Source: an uncultured Streptomyces sp. (GTDB taxonomy: Bacteria > Actinomycetota > Actinomycetes > Streptomycetales > Streptomycetaceae). From it: 64,000 bases of DNA. The stretch spans positions 6,997 to 70,996 of the forward strand of contig CBFGZZ010000002.1 of NCBI GenBank assembly GCA_965653385.1, given 5' to 3'. Of this stretch, positions 54,791 through 64,000 are shown one piece after another. Each line of letters opens with the position of its first letter. The stretch's first letter is position 1. The translations under genes and the position numbers were made by a program. The notes under the pieces are model-generated. The model was not told where the DNA came from and made no database searches. It saw only the letters and a program-made list of their open reading frames with translations.

Positions 54791-56431
54791 CTAGCGCTCG
54801 CTCACCTTGCCGTCGGCGACCTCCAGGCGGCGGGTGACGTGGACCGCGTCGAGCATGCGGCGGTCGTGGGTGACCAGGAGCAGCGTGCCCTCGTAGGCGT
54901 CCAGGGCCGATTCCAGCTGCTCGATGGCGGGCAGGTCGAGGTGGTTGGTGGGCTCGTCCAGGACGAGGAGGTTGACGCCCCTGCCCTGGAGGAGGGCCAG
55001 GGCGGCGCGGGTGCGTTCGCCCGGGGAGAGGGTGGCCGCCGAGCGCAGGACGTGGTCCGCCTTGAGGCCGAACTTGGCCAGGAGGGTGCGGACTTCCGCC
55101 GGTTCGGTGTCCGGGACCGCGGCGCAGAAGGCGTCCAGCAGGGACTCCTCGCCGTGGAAGAGCTTGCGGGCCTGGTCGACCTCGCCGATCAGGACGCCGG
55201 AGCCGACGTGCGCCTGCCCCGCGGTCAGCGGGACGCGGCCCAGCAGGGCGGCCAGCAGCGTCGACTTGCCCGCGCCGTTGGCGCCGGTGACCGCCACCCG
55301 GTCGGCCCAGTCGATCTGGAGGGACACCGGGCCCAGGGTGAAGTCGCCGCGTCGTACCTCGGCGTCCCGCAAGGTCGCGACCACCGCCCCCGAGCGGGGC
55401 GCCGACGCGATCTCCATGCGCAGTTCCCACTCCTTGCGCGGCTCCTCGACGACCTCCAGGCGCTCGATCATGCGCTGGGTCTGGCGGGCCTTCGCGGCCT
55501 GCTTCTCGCTGGCCTCGCTGCGGAACTTGCGGCCGATCTTGTCGTTGTCGTTGCCCGCCTTGCGCCGGGCGTTCTTGACGCCCTTGTCCATCCAGGCGCG
55601 CTGCGTCTGGGCCCGCTCCTGGAGGGCGGTCTTCTTGTCGGCGTACTCCTCGTAGTCGTCGCGGGCGTGCCGGCGGGCCACCTCACGTTCCTCCAGGTAG
55701 GCCTCGTAGCCGCCGCCGTAGAGGTTGATCTGCCGCTGGGCGAGGTCGAGTTCGAGGACCTTGGTGACGGTGCGGGTGAGGAACTCGCGGTCGTGGCTGA
55801 CGACCACGGTCCCGGCGCGCAGGCCGCCGACGAAGCGTTCGAGGCGCTCCAGGCCGTCGAGGTCGAGGTCGTTCGTCGGCTCGTCGAGGAGGAAGACGTC
55901 GTAGCGCGACAGCAGCAGCGAGGCCAGCCCCGCGCGAGCCGCCTGGCCGCCCGACAGGGACGTCATCGGCTGGTCCAGGTCCACCGACAGCCCCAGTGAG
56001 TCGGCGACCTCCTCGGCCCGCTCGTCGAGGTCGGCGCCGCCCAGGTCCAGCCAGCGCTCCAGGCTCGTCGCGTACGCGTCGTCCGCACCCGGTGCCCCGT
56101 CGACGAGGGCCTGGGTCGCCTCGTCCATCACCCGCTGGGCCTCGGCGACCCCGGTACGGCGGGCCAGGAACGCCCGCACGGTCTCGCCGGGACGCCGCTC
56201 GGGCTCCTGCGGGAGGTGACCGACGGTCGCGGTCGGCGGGGACAGCCGCAGCTCGCCCTCCTCCGGCACGAGCAGCCCGGCGAGCAGACGCAGCAGCGTG
56301 GACTTGCCCGCACCGTTGGCCCCGACCAGCCCGATCACGTCTCCGGGCGCCACGACGAGGTCGAGCCCACTGAACAGGGAACGGTCACCGTGTCCGGCGG
56401 CGAGATTCTTGACGACGAGGGTTGCGGTCAC
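54791..56431 (-). CDS. ABC-F family ATPase (two ABC cassettes, no TM domain)
   Basis: Two Walker A motifs (GANGAGKSTLLRLL, GANGAGKSTLLAAL), two signature motifs (LSGGQ, LSPGE), and a charged inter-domain linker. I chose the GTG at 56431; the alternative is 56461. Confidence 0.85.
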   Translation of the reverse strand: MTATLVVKNLAAGHGDRSLFSGLDLVVAPGDVIGLVGANGAGKSTLLRLLAGLLVPEEGELRLSPPTATVGHLPQEPERRPGETVRAFLARRTGVAEAQRVMDEATQALVDGAPGADDAYATSLERWLDLGGADLDERAEEVADSLGLSVDLDQPMTSLSGGQAARAGLASLLLSRYDVFLLDEPTNDLDLDGLERLERFVGGLRAGTVVVSHDREFLTRTVTKVLELDLAQRQINLYGGGYEAYLEEREVARRHARDDYEEYADKKTALQERAQTQRAWMDKGVKNARRKAGNDNDKIGRKFRSEASEKQAAKARQTQRMIERLEVVEEPRKEWELRMEIASAPRSGAVVATLRDAEVRRGDFTLGPVSLQIDWADRVAVTGANGAGKSTLLAALLGRVPLTAGQAHVGSGVLIGEVDQARKLFHGEESLLDAFCAAVPDTEPAEVRTLLAKFGLKADHVLRSAATLSPGERTRAALALLQGRGVNLLVLDEPTNHLDLPAIEQLESALDAYEGTLLLVTHDRRMLDAVHVTRRLEVADGKVSER

Positions 56432-56567
56432 AGGGAGCGATCCTAATAGCCGAGCCGCCACACACTCGCCGCGTTTTTCCGGCGCGTAAGTACGCCGGGG
56501 CCGGCAAGGCCCTCAAAGGGGCGCGGGGCTCTATCGATATGCACATCGCGGCGCCCCCGACGGCGTA

Positions 56568-57590
56568 CTACCTCGCCATCGCCTCCACCAGCACACTCCC
56601 CGACGTCCGAGCCACCACGAACGACTCCCCCTTCACCGCCTTCGCATCCAGCGCGATCCGATGCCGCCCCGCCTCCAGCACCCCGTCGAACACCTCATGC
56701 GCATGAGTCCGGTACAGCCGGTCCACGCGATACGCGGTGAGGCGCACCCGGCACGGCGAGGTGACCTCGATGCCCGCCTCCCCGTCGGCGGCCACCAGCC
56801 GGGTCAGTCGGCGCTGTTCGGCCGGACTTCGGTCCAGGGCGTGTTCGATCTGCGCGACCAGCAACGGCACGATCGGCGCGAGGCCGTCCACGTACGCCAC
56901 CTCGGCCCCGGCGTCCGTGAAGGCACGGCGCACGCCGGCGCGCTGCTCCACCCCGATCCCCCGGCCGAAGGCCACGGCGCCGTAGGTGCGCAGTTCGTCG
57001 GCGGCGACGCCGCTCACGTCGTGGGTGATCTCGGCGCCGATGCCGATGGTGCGCAGGGCGGCGGCGAGCTTGGCCAGGAGGGCGACGCGGGCGCCGATGA
57101 GGAGTACGCGGCGGCGTGGCGCCCCGGCGTCGCGGTCGAGGAGGGAGCCGAGCGCGGCGCGGTACTCGGTGGCGCGGAACCGGAAGGGGCCGATGCCGTG
57201 GTAGCCGTTGAGCTCCAGGTCGGCGTGTTCGTCGGTCTGCCAGGCGAAGTCCCGCCAGATGTAGTCGTCGCCGTCCTTGTCGATCAGCGCGGTGACGGCG
57301 CCGCAGGCGAGGTCCTCGCAGTCGGGGCAGCCGTAGATGACGTACCGGCCGCCCGGAAGAGGGGCTTCCGCCTCCAGGAGCAGGCTGCGGACCTGGGCGG
57401 TGAAGATGGCGGGCGGGACGTCGGAGGCGAGCGGGGAGACGGCGTCGAGGTCGGAGAGCTGGAACAGCAGCGGGCGTCCGTCGACGATGAAGTCCACGAA
57501 GTCCCGGTGCACCTGGTAGTCACCGTTGGCGAGGACGCCACCGGCACGCATCGCCGGTGCCAGGCCGAAGGTCGCGTACTCGGCAGACAT
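56568..57590 (-). CDS. Hypothetical protein (N-domain with CxxCx4C, C-terminal Rossmann/flavodoxin-like half)
   Basis: Trimmed to the ATG at 57590. Contains YGCPDCEDLACG, then VLLIGARVALLAKLAAALRTIGIG. No family recognised. Confidence 0.4.
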   Translation of the reverse strand: MSAEYATFGLAPAMRAGGVLANGDYQVHRDFVDFIVDGRPLLFQLSDLDAVSPLASDVPPAIFTAQVRSLLLEAEAPLPGGRYVIYGCPDCEDLACGAVTALIDKDGDDYIWRDFAWQTDEHADLELNGYHGIGPFRFRATEYRAALGSLLDRDAGAPRRRVLLIGARVALLAKLAAALRTIGIGAEITHDVSGVAADELRTYGAVAFGRGIGVEQRAGVRRAFTDAGAEVAYVDGLAPIVPLLVAQIEHALDRSPAEQRRLTRLVAADGEAGIEVTSPCRVRLTAYRVDRLYRTHAHEVFDGVLEAGRHRIALDAKAVKGESFVVARTSGSVLVEAMAR

Positions 57591-57699
57591 GCTGTGAGTA
57601 TCCCCAGGAAGGGACCTATATGAGCGCGGCATGACATATTCCGCTAATCGCCCCGGCTCCACCTCCCCGGTTGCCGGGGGCGCGTTGATGGCCCCGGGG

Positions 57700-57731
57700 G
57701 CGCAGGAGGCCGCACCGCTCGCCTCCTCCGC
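57700..57731 (-). terminator. Imperfect GC hairpin just downstream of the BCCT transporter stop
   Basis: GCGCAGGAGGC-cgcaccgctc-GCCTCCTCCGC with one mismatch, 16 nt after the stop at 57747. Confidence 0.3.
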
Positions 57732-57746
57732 CCCCACGTGCCCCGC

Positions 57747-59450
57747 TCAGCCGTGGTCGTGGCCCAGCGGGTCGCCCTCCGTCTCGGTGCCGGGTCCCGG
57801 GCCGACCCTGATCTCGAAGTCGCCGTCGTACCTCTTGTGGCCCTCGATCACGGCGAGTTCCACGGCCTCCGAACCCATCTCGTTGCGCACGATGACCGGG
57901 TCGCGGCGCAGGTCGCGCATGAGGGCGACGCACATGCCGATCATCACGAGGACGAACGGCGCCGCGGCCAGGATCGTGAGGTTCTGCAGGCCGGTGAGCG
58001 CGTCGCCCTGACCGCTGCCGACGAGCAGCATGATGGCGGCGACGGCTCCGGTCACCACACCCCAGAACACGACGACGAAGCGTCCGGGTTCCAGGGCTCC
58101 CTTCTGGGAGAGGGTGCCCATCACGATGGAGGCGGCATCGGCTCCGGAGACGAAGAAGATCCCGACGAGGATCATCACGAGCAGGCTGGTGACGGTGGCG
58201 ATGGGGAACTCCTGCAGGACGCCGAAGAGTTGGCCCTCGGGGGTGTCCTCGCCGCCGAGCCCGCCGCCCTCCTTCAGCTTCATCGCCGTACCGCCGAAGA
58301 CCGCGAACCAGACGAGGCTGACGGTGCTGGGCACGAGGATGACGCCACCGACGAACTGCCGGATCGTACGGCCCCGGCTGATCCGGGCGATGAACATGCC
58401 CACGAAGGGCGTCCAGGAGATCCACCAGGCCCAGTAGAAGACGGTCCAGCTGCCGAGCCAGTCCGCGACGCCCTCGCCGCCGCTGGCCTCGGTGCGGCCG
58501 GCGAGCTGGGGCAGGTCGCCGAGATAGGCGAAGATCGACGTGGGCAGCAGGTCGAGCACGATGATCGTGGGGCCCGCGATGAACACGAAGAGCGCGAGGA
58601 TCAGGGCGAGCACCATGTTGGTGTTGGACAGCCACTGGATGCCCCGCTCGATGCCGGAGATGGCGGAGGCCACGAAGGCCAGGGTCAGTACGGCGATGAT
58701 CGCGACGAGCAGGCCGGTGCTCACGTCGTCCATCCAGTCCAGCTCCTGGAAGCCGGAGCCGATCTGGAGGGCGCCCAGGCCCAGGGAGGCGGCGGAGCCG
58801 AAGACGGTGGCGATGATCGCGAGGATGTCGATCACCCGGCCGCCGGCGCCGTTGGCGTGCTTCTCCCCGATCAGCGGGGTGAAGACCGCGCTGATGGTCT
58901 GGCGCCGGCGCTTGCGGAAGGTGCTGTAGGCGATGCCGAGCCCGACGACCGCGTAGATCGCCCACGGGTGCAGCGTCCAGTGGAAGAGGGTGGTGGCCAT
59001 CGCCGTCTCCATGCGTTCGCCGGAGCCTGCGGGGTCCGTGCCCGGGGGCGGGGTCGTGTAGTGCGAGAGCGGTTCGCTGACGCCGTAGAACATCAGGCCG
59101 ATGCCCATACCGGCGCTGAACATCATCGCGACCCACGAGACGGTCTTGAACTCGGGTTCCTCGCCCTCGGCACCGAGGTGGATGCGGCCGTAGCGACTGA
59201 TCGCGAGCCAGAGCGCGAAGACCACGAAGCACGAGGCGGCGAGCATGAACGCCCAGCCGCCGTTGTGGATCAGGCCGTTCAGCATCTTCGTGGACACGCT
59301 CTCCAGCGAGTCCGTGGCAGCCCAGCCCCAGATCACGAAGGCCACGGTGATGACGGCGGTGACGCCGAACACCACTCGGTCCGTGCTGGGGTGACCGGAA
59401 ACGTCCGACGGACCTTCCCGGCCACCTCTCTTCTTCAGATCCTCAGTCAT
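57747..59450 (-). CDS. BCCT family betaine/carnitine/choline transporter
   Basis: Polytopic, with the Trp-rich BCCT signature (WTVFYWAWWISWTPFVGMFIARISRGRT). The ATG at 59450 has GGGGAAGG 6 nt upstream. Confidence 0.9.
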   Translation of the reverse strand: MTEDLKKRGGREGPSDVSGHPSTDRVVFGVTAVITVAFVIWGWAATDSLESVSTKMLNGLIHNGGWAFMLAASCFVVFALWLAISRYGRIHLGAEGEEPEFKTVSWVAMMFSAGMGIGLMFYGVSEPLSHYTTPPPGTDPAGSGERMETAMATTLFHWTLHPWAIYAVVGLGIAYSTFRKRRRQTISAVFTPLIGEKHANGAGGRVIDILAIIATVFGSAASLGLGALQIGSGFQELDWMDDVSTGLLVAIIAVLTLAFVASAISGIERGIQWLSNTNMVLALILALFVFIAGPTIIVLDLLPTSIFAYLGDLPQLAGRTEASGGEGVADWLGSWTVFYWAWWISWTPFVGMFIARISRGRTIRQFVGGVILVPSTVSLVWFAVFGGTAMKLKEGGGLGGEDTPEGQLFGVLQEFPIATVTSLLVMILVGIFFVSGADAASIVMGTLSQKGALEPGRFVVVFWGVVTGAVAAIMLLVGSGQGDALTGLQNLTILAAAPFVLVMIGMCVALMRDLRRDPVIVRNEMGSEAVELAVIEGHKRYDGDFEIRVGPGPGTETEGDPLGHDHG

Positions 59451-59529
59451 CTGCGGCACCTTCCCCGGTGAACGGTGGATACGCCGGTTCCACGTCGTCT
59501 CCCAGGACCTACCACAGATCCCGTCGATC

Positions 59530-60843
59530 TCAGCCGCTTGTGCAGTCGGTGTCGGGTTGACCGGCCGTGATGCGGTACGGGGCGCGCTCGTCGAGGAGCA
59601 GCGGGACGAGGTTGCGCAGGGACTGGCGGAGCGGGACCAGGGCGCCCGTGGAGGTCGTCTCGGACCTCACTCCGTGCAGCGCCAGTTCGTCCTTGACCTG
59701 CCGGTACTGGTCAGTGGTGAGCCGGTAGCCGCAGGGCGGGTCCTGGATCACCTCGGCGGGTTCCGGCTGGTCGTTGTCGGCGCCGCCGACGTAGACGGGC
59801 CCGGAGTCGGCGAGGCCCGCGAGACGGGCGGCGCCGGTGGCCGCCTCGACCTGCCGGCGACGGACCTCGGTGAAGTCGAACAGGCCGTCCAGCGCGGCCA
59901 GCTGAGAGCTCACCCGGCGCCGGTTGTTGAGCGACTCGTCGGCCTTCTCCTCCTCGGTCAGGGGGTCGACGCGACTCTCGATGAGCAGGCCCACGGAGTG
60001 TTTGATGCCGGACATGTTCCGCAGAATGCGTTCCTGTCCGTCACCGGCGACCTGCTTGATCGGTTCGCCCGTCACGGGGTCGGTCCAGATGCCGTACGTG
60101 CCCGTCGAGTAGCCGGCGTCGGTCGCGGCGGGGCGTACATACCCCTGGGACAGGGTCCGCGCCTCGTCGTGGACGTGCGCGTCCGTGTTGAGGTTGCGCG
60201 GCCACAGGTCGAACAGGTCCTTGTCGTAGTACTGCGGTGTGGCGCCGTACTCGTGGAGGTCGTAGATCACGTCGGGGCGCTGGTCGCGGACGACCGCCGC
60301 CATGGCGCGGCCCTCGGCGGTCCGCAGCGCGAGGTGGTCGCGGTTGATGTCCACGCCGTCGCTGTTGCCCCGGGTGTCGGCGGCCCGGCCGTCGGGGTTG
60401 GCGGTGGGCACGACCAGCAGGGTGGTGCGCTCCAGGAAGCGCCGGGTCTGCCGGTCCTTCGCGTACGCCAGGTCGCGGACGGTGGACAGACAGGCCTCGC
60501 GACCGGAGGGTTCGTCGCCGTGCTGGCTGCACACCAGCAGCACCTTGTTCGGGGCGTGGCGCGAGCCGATCCGGACCAGTTGGAGCGGGCGGTCCTGCTT
60601 CGTCGTACCGATGCGGCTGACGGAGACCCGGTCGCTGGCCCTGTCGACGGCCCTGAGGAGGCTCTGCTCCTCCGGCTGACTGGTCCAGCGGGCGCCGTTC
60701 GACTGCTCGAAGCCGGTGCGGGGCGGGGAGTCGGCGGCCTGGGCGGGGACCGCCACGAGGGACGCGGCGAGGGCCCCGGCGGCGACGGTCAGGGTGCGGG
60801 TTCGGGTACGGGTAGGAGTGCGGGTCGCTGGAGTGCGGGTCAC
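59530..60843 (-). CDS. Secreted M14 family zinc carboxypeptidase
   Basis: Signal peptide ([19 protein letters not shown]) and HxxE zinc site (SQHGDEPSG). The GTG start overlaps the upstream stop (GTGA at 60840-60843). Confidence 0.8.
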   Translation of the reverse strand: MTRTPATRTPTRTRTRTLTVAAGALAASLVAVPAQAADSPPRTGFEQSNGARWTSQPEEQSLLRAVDRASDRVSVSRIGTTKQDRPLQLVRIGSRHAPNKVLLVCSQHGDEPSGREACLSTVRDLAYAKDRQTRRFLERTTLLVVPTANPDGRAADTRGNSDGVDINRDHLALRTAEGRAMAAVVRDQRPDVIYDLHEYGATPQYYDKDLFDLWPRNLNTDAHVHDEARTLSQGYVRPAATDAGYSTGTYGIWTDPVTGEPIKQVAGDGQERILRNMSGIKHSVGLLIESRVDPLTEEEKADESLNNRRRVSSQLAALDGLFDFTEVRRRQVEAATGAARLAGLADSGPVYVGGADNDQPEPAEVIQDPPCGYRLTTDQYRQVKDELALHGVRSETTSTGALVPLRQSLRNLVPLLLDERAPYRITAGQPDTDCTSG

Positions 60844-62813
60844 TGGCCTCCCTCCGGGATGCGGTGGGCGGTGCGCGGCGGGGCGACGCCGTCCAGGGGC
60901 GTGGCCTCGGGGGCCGCGGCGACGGATCCCGCCGTGGCGCGGGCGAAGGCGTGGGCGCCGCCGACCAGCGGGACGCGGGCCTTCGTACGGGAGAGGTCGA
61001 CGGTGAGGGTCGGCTTGGTCGACGGCGGGTCGATCAGGTCCTTGTCGGTGCCCGCGACGATCAGGGCGAGACGGTGGCCGGCCGGGACGACGTGGTCGGT
61101 GGACGCCAGGTCGAGGGTGATCGTGTACGCCTTGCCCGGAGTGAGGGGCCGGCCCTTGTGGTCCGAGGCGTGGTTGCCGAGGTCGGCCCAGCCGCGGCTG
61201 ACGACCGTGTAGTCGACGTCGGCGGTCTTGGCCTCGGTCTCCTTGAAGCAGGCGCTGTCGCCGGTCGTGCTCACGCCCCAGCAGGTGCGGTCGGTGAGCG
61301 TGCTGATGCCCTCGCCGCTGGCCGCGTAGTCGCGGATGGTGTCGGGGCCGAGGTCGACGAGGACGGCGGAGAGGTGGGCCGTCGAGGTGGTCGGGGTCGC
61401 GGTGACGGTGACCTCGGAGGAGCCGGACAGGCGCAGGTCACGGGTGAGCGGTTTGGTGACGAAGCCCGCCTTGTCGGGGGTGGACCGGTCGATGTGCGCG
61501 GCCCAGTCCGTCTCGCCGTGCTGCGGGTCGTCGGTGAACGTCTCGGTGCCCTTGCCCTGACGCAGGCCCAGGGTGCCGACACCGGCCTGGCTGCCCTTGG
61601 CGGGGCGCAGCGTGGTCGTGTCGGTACCGCGCGGCGGCCAGACCTTGGAGGTGACCCACTGGTCGGGGTGGCGTTCGATGTCGGCCATCGGCTCACGGTC
61701 GATGCCGTTGTCGTAGCCGAGGAGTTCGTGGTCGAACCAGCGGTGCAGGGTCTCGACCCACTCGGCGCGGCGGAAGTCGAAGGGGTCGACATGGCCGGTC
61801 TGGGAGAGCCAGATCTTGCGCTCGACGCCGTTCTTCGCGAGGGCGTCCCACCACTGGCCGACGTGCTTCATCCGCACGTTGAGGTCCTGCATGCCATGGA
61901 TCAGGAAGACGCTGGCCCGGACCTTGCGGGCGTCCTTCACGTAGTCGCGCTCGGTCCACAGGGGCGTCCAGTCGCCGGTGCGCGGGGCCCCGTCGACGAG
62001 CTTCTGCTGGACGGCTGCGCACTTGGCTCGGGCGTCGGGGCTGTCGACGTAGTCGGACAGCGCGTCGGGGCCGGAGTCGTACAGCGGGGCGCCCTGCTGG
62101 AAGTAGTAGTCGTACCAGGAGGAGATGGCGCTGATCGGGACGATGGTCTTCAGGCCCTCGACACCGGTGGCGGCGACGCCGTTGGCGATGGTGCCGTCCC
62201 AGCTCTTGCCGATCATTCCGGTGCGGCCGTTCGTCCACGTCGCGGCGGCCTTGGTGGTGCCGGTGCGGGTCGTGTACGCCTTGGCGCGGCCGTTCAGCCA
62301 GTCGACGACGGCCTTCGCGGAGAGGATGTCGGAGCGGCCGCCGACGTCCACGCAGCCGTCGGAGCGGTTGGTGCCGGCGAGGTCGACGCCGACGAAGGCG
62401 TAGCCGCGGGGCACGAAGTAGTTGTCGTAGAACAGCGGCATCTGTACGACGTCGCCGTTCGCGTCGTACGTCTTCTTCTGGCTCTCGTTGCCGCGCCCGC
62501 AGCAGGAGTAGTAGGGGCTGGCGTCCATGACGACGGGCACCCTGCGGCCCTGCGCGGCCGCCTCGCGGGGCCGGACGATGTCGACGGCGACGCGGTCGCG
62601 TCGGCCGTCGCGGTCGAGATCGAGCCCGGTGTCCACCCATACGGCCTCGCGGATGGCGTTCTCGTACGAGTAGACGGGCCTGCTCTCCCGTGGCGCGGCG
62701 GCCTGCGCCGCGGCGGGGGCGAGGAATGTGGCCAGCAGGGCGGCTGTGGCCGCCGCCGCGAGCTGTCTGAAGATCGTGAGGCGCATGCGTTTCGGCATGC
62801 GCGGACGGTACAT
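60840..62813 (-). CDS. Secreted Xaa-Pro dipeptidyl-peptidase (S15, PepX-like)
   Basis: Signal peptide [21 protein letters not shown] and nucleophile motif [10 protein letters not shown]. The track ORF extends to 63107. Candidate ATG starts lie at 62813, 62798 and 62786. Confidence 0.8.
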   Translation of the reverse strand: MYRPRMPKRMRLTIFRQLAAAATAALLATFLAPAAAQAAAPRESRPVYSYENAIREAVWVDTGLDLDRDGRRDRVAVDIVRPREAAAQGRRVPVVMDASPYYSCCGRGNESQKKTYDANGDVVQMPLFYDNYFVPRGYAFVGVDLAGTNRSDGCVDVGGRSDILSAKAVVDWLNGRAKAYTTRTGTTKAAATWTNGRTGMIGKSWDGTIANGVAATGVEGLKTIVPISAISSWYDYYFQQGAPLYDSGPDALSDYVDSPDARAKCAAVQQKLVDGAPRTGDWTPLWTERDYVKDARKVRASVFLIHGMQDLNVRMKHVGQWWDALAKNGVERKIWLSQTGHVDPFDFRRAEWVETLHRWFDHELLGYDNGIDREPMADIERHPDQWVTSKVWPPRGTDTTTLRPAKGSQAGVGTLGLRQGKGTETFTDDPQHGETDWAAHIDRSTPDKAGFVTKPLTRDLRLSGSSEVTVTATPTTSTAHLSAVLVDLGPDTIRDYAASGEGISTLTDRTCWGVSTTGDSACFKETEAKTADVDYTVVSRGWADLGNHASDHKGRPLTPGKAYTITLDLASTDHVVPAGHRLALIVAGTDKDLIDPPSTKPTLTVDLSRTKARVPLVGGAHAFARATAGSVAAAPEATPLDGVAPPRTAHRIPEGGQ

Positions 62814-63006
62814 CGGTGAACTCCTGTGCAGAAGAGGGCGGCTGACGGCGTATGAGGTCCCGTGTGGCTGATAAACGCCCCTGGGAGGGGTCGGACCATT
62901 GCGGCCGAATGGCGATCGTGTGACAGCGGTGGTCATGGACACACCGGAGCCACAGGTACTGAATAGGCTCCGGACAGACTTCGGGCCCCTACGACTTGGA
63001 GCTTTC

Positions 63007-64000
63007 GTGCACCGCAGAATCAAGGCGCCGGGCGCGCTCGCAGCCGCCTCTCTGATGCTGGCGATCCCGGCGTCGGCCGCGAGTTCCACCCCCGGCGCTC
63101 CGGGCATCGGCGACCCCTACTACCCGGCCTACGGCAATGGCGGATACGACGTCTCGCACTACGACCTCCGGCTGAAGTACCAGCCGGCCACGGACGAGTT
63201 GCAGGGGACGGCGACGCTGCTGGCACGGACCACGCAGGATCTGTCCCGGTTCAACCTGGACTTCCTGCTGGACGTCAGCGAGGTGCGGGTCAATGGCGCG
63301 AAGGCGTCGTTCTCCACGTCCGGCGAGCACGAGCTGGAGATCACGCCGGCGAAGCCGCTGGCCAAGGGCACGGACGTCACGGTGGTCGTGCGCTACCGGG
63401 GTGTGCCGTCGTCGAAGAAGGCGTACGGCTACACCAGCTGGCACCGCACCCCGGACGGCGGGGTCGGAGCGAACGAGCCCGAGGCCGCCTGGTGGTGGTT
63501 CCCCAGCAACGACCACCCGCTGGACAAGGCGACGTACGACGTCTCGGTGCAGGTCCCGGACGGCACGCAGGCCATCTCCAACGGCACGCTGCGGTCGACG
63601 AGTTCACGGCTGGGCTGGACCCGCTACAACTGGCGCTCCGACAAGCCTCAGGCGACGTATCTGGCCACGCTCGCCGTCGGCAGGTTCGACGTGACCACGG
63701 GGACCAGCGAGAGCGGCATTCCGGTCATCAACGCCTACAGCAAGGACCTGGGCGACAAGACCGGTGCGGCGAAGGCGAGCATCGAGCGGACCGGGGAGAT
63801 CGCCGACTGGCTCTCCGAGTACTTCGGGCCGTACCCCTACAACGCGCTCGGCGGATACGTCCCGAACACCGACACCGGTTACGCGCTGGAGACGCAGACC
63901 CGCCCGTTCTACAGCCCGGCGAACTTCGCCAACGGGTCGAACACCTCCGTCGTCGTCCATGAGCTGGCCCACCAGTGGTACGGCAACCTGGTGTCCGTCA
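63007..64000 (+). CDS. Secreted M1 family metallopeptidase (aminopeptidase N-like), 3' end cut by window edge
   Basis: Hand-translated open frame from the GTG at 63007. Signal peptide ALAAASLMLAIPASA, then GDPYYPAYGNGGYDV, and the zinc motif HELAHQWYGN at 63958. It is not in the ORF track because no stop falls inside the window. Confidence 0.85.
   Translation, partial: MHRRIKAPGALAAASLMLAIPASAASSTPGAPGIGDPYYPAYGNGGYDVSHYDLRLKYQPATDELQGTATLLARTTQDLSRFNLDFLLDVSEVRVNGAKASFSTSGEHELEITPAKPLAKGTDVTVVVRYRGVPSSKKAYGYTSWHRTPDGGVGANEPEAAWWWFPSNDHPLDKATYDVSVQVPDGTQAISNGTLRSTSSRLGWTRYNWRSDKPQATYLATLAVGRFDVTTGTSESGIPVINAYSKDLGDKTGAAKASIERTGEIADWLSEYFGPYPYNALGGYVPNTDTGYALETQTRPFYSPANFANGSNTSVVVHELAHQWYGNLVSV

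Overview
Very GC-rich, strongly G/C third-position-biased actinobacterial (Streptomyces-type) chromosome, densely coding, about 60 genes. I saw no transposase, integrase, CRISPR array or rRNA. By my recollection (not searched) the gene order resembles the S. coelicolor SCO6745-SCO6771 region.

Main blocks:
1. 1-7.3 kb: a 5'-truncated FAD monooxygenase, tRNA-Pro(GGG), small accessory genes (MmcQ/YjbR, DUF1877, an XRE-cupin regulator coupled to a GNAT), a LysR regulator and a tdh-kbl threonine catabolism pair.
2. 7.3-12 kb: a conservon (cvnA-B-C-D) plus a GAF protein. CvnA carries a His/Met-rich tandem-repeat tail.
3. 12.4-22.2 kb: assorted hydrolases, and a LysM-M23 peptidase preceded by a ydaO-type c-di-AMP riboswitch.
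4. 22.2-36 kb: a complete hopanoid cluster (hpnC, hpnD, a 47-codon bridging micro-ORF, hpnE, polyprenyl synthase, shc, hpnG, hpnH, ispG, dxs, aminotransferase), followed by an XRE-cupin regulator and a 39-aa membrane micro-protein.
5. 36.4-43.5 kb: a tightly overlapped operon combining a glycerol-1-phosphate-dehydrogenase-like enzyme, a nucleotidyltransferase, two CDP-alcohol transferases, a GT2 and an ABC-2 exporter. This is my best candidate for an uncharacterised system.
6. 43.7-64 kb: galE, a CDF transporter, idi, a GlxA/DJ-1 pair, an SD-led 43-aa LPFR micro-ORF upstream of tex, ABC-F, a BCCT transporter and three secreted peptidases (M14, S15, and M1 truncated at the window end).

Method notes: the supplied ORF track opens ORFs at ATG, GTG or TTG, so I re-trimmed many starts using Shine-Dalgarno spacing, stop/start overlaps and typical family N-termini. 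All functional calls come from motif recognition by eye; no database search was run.
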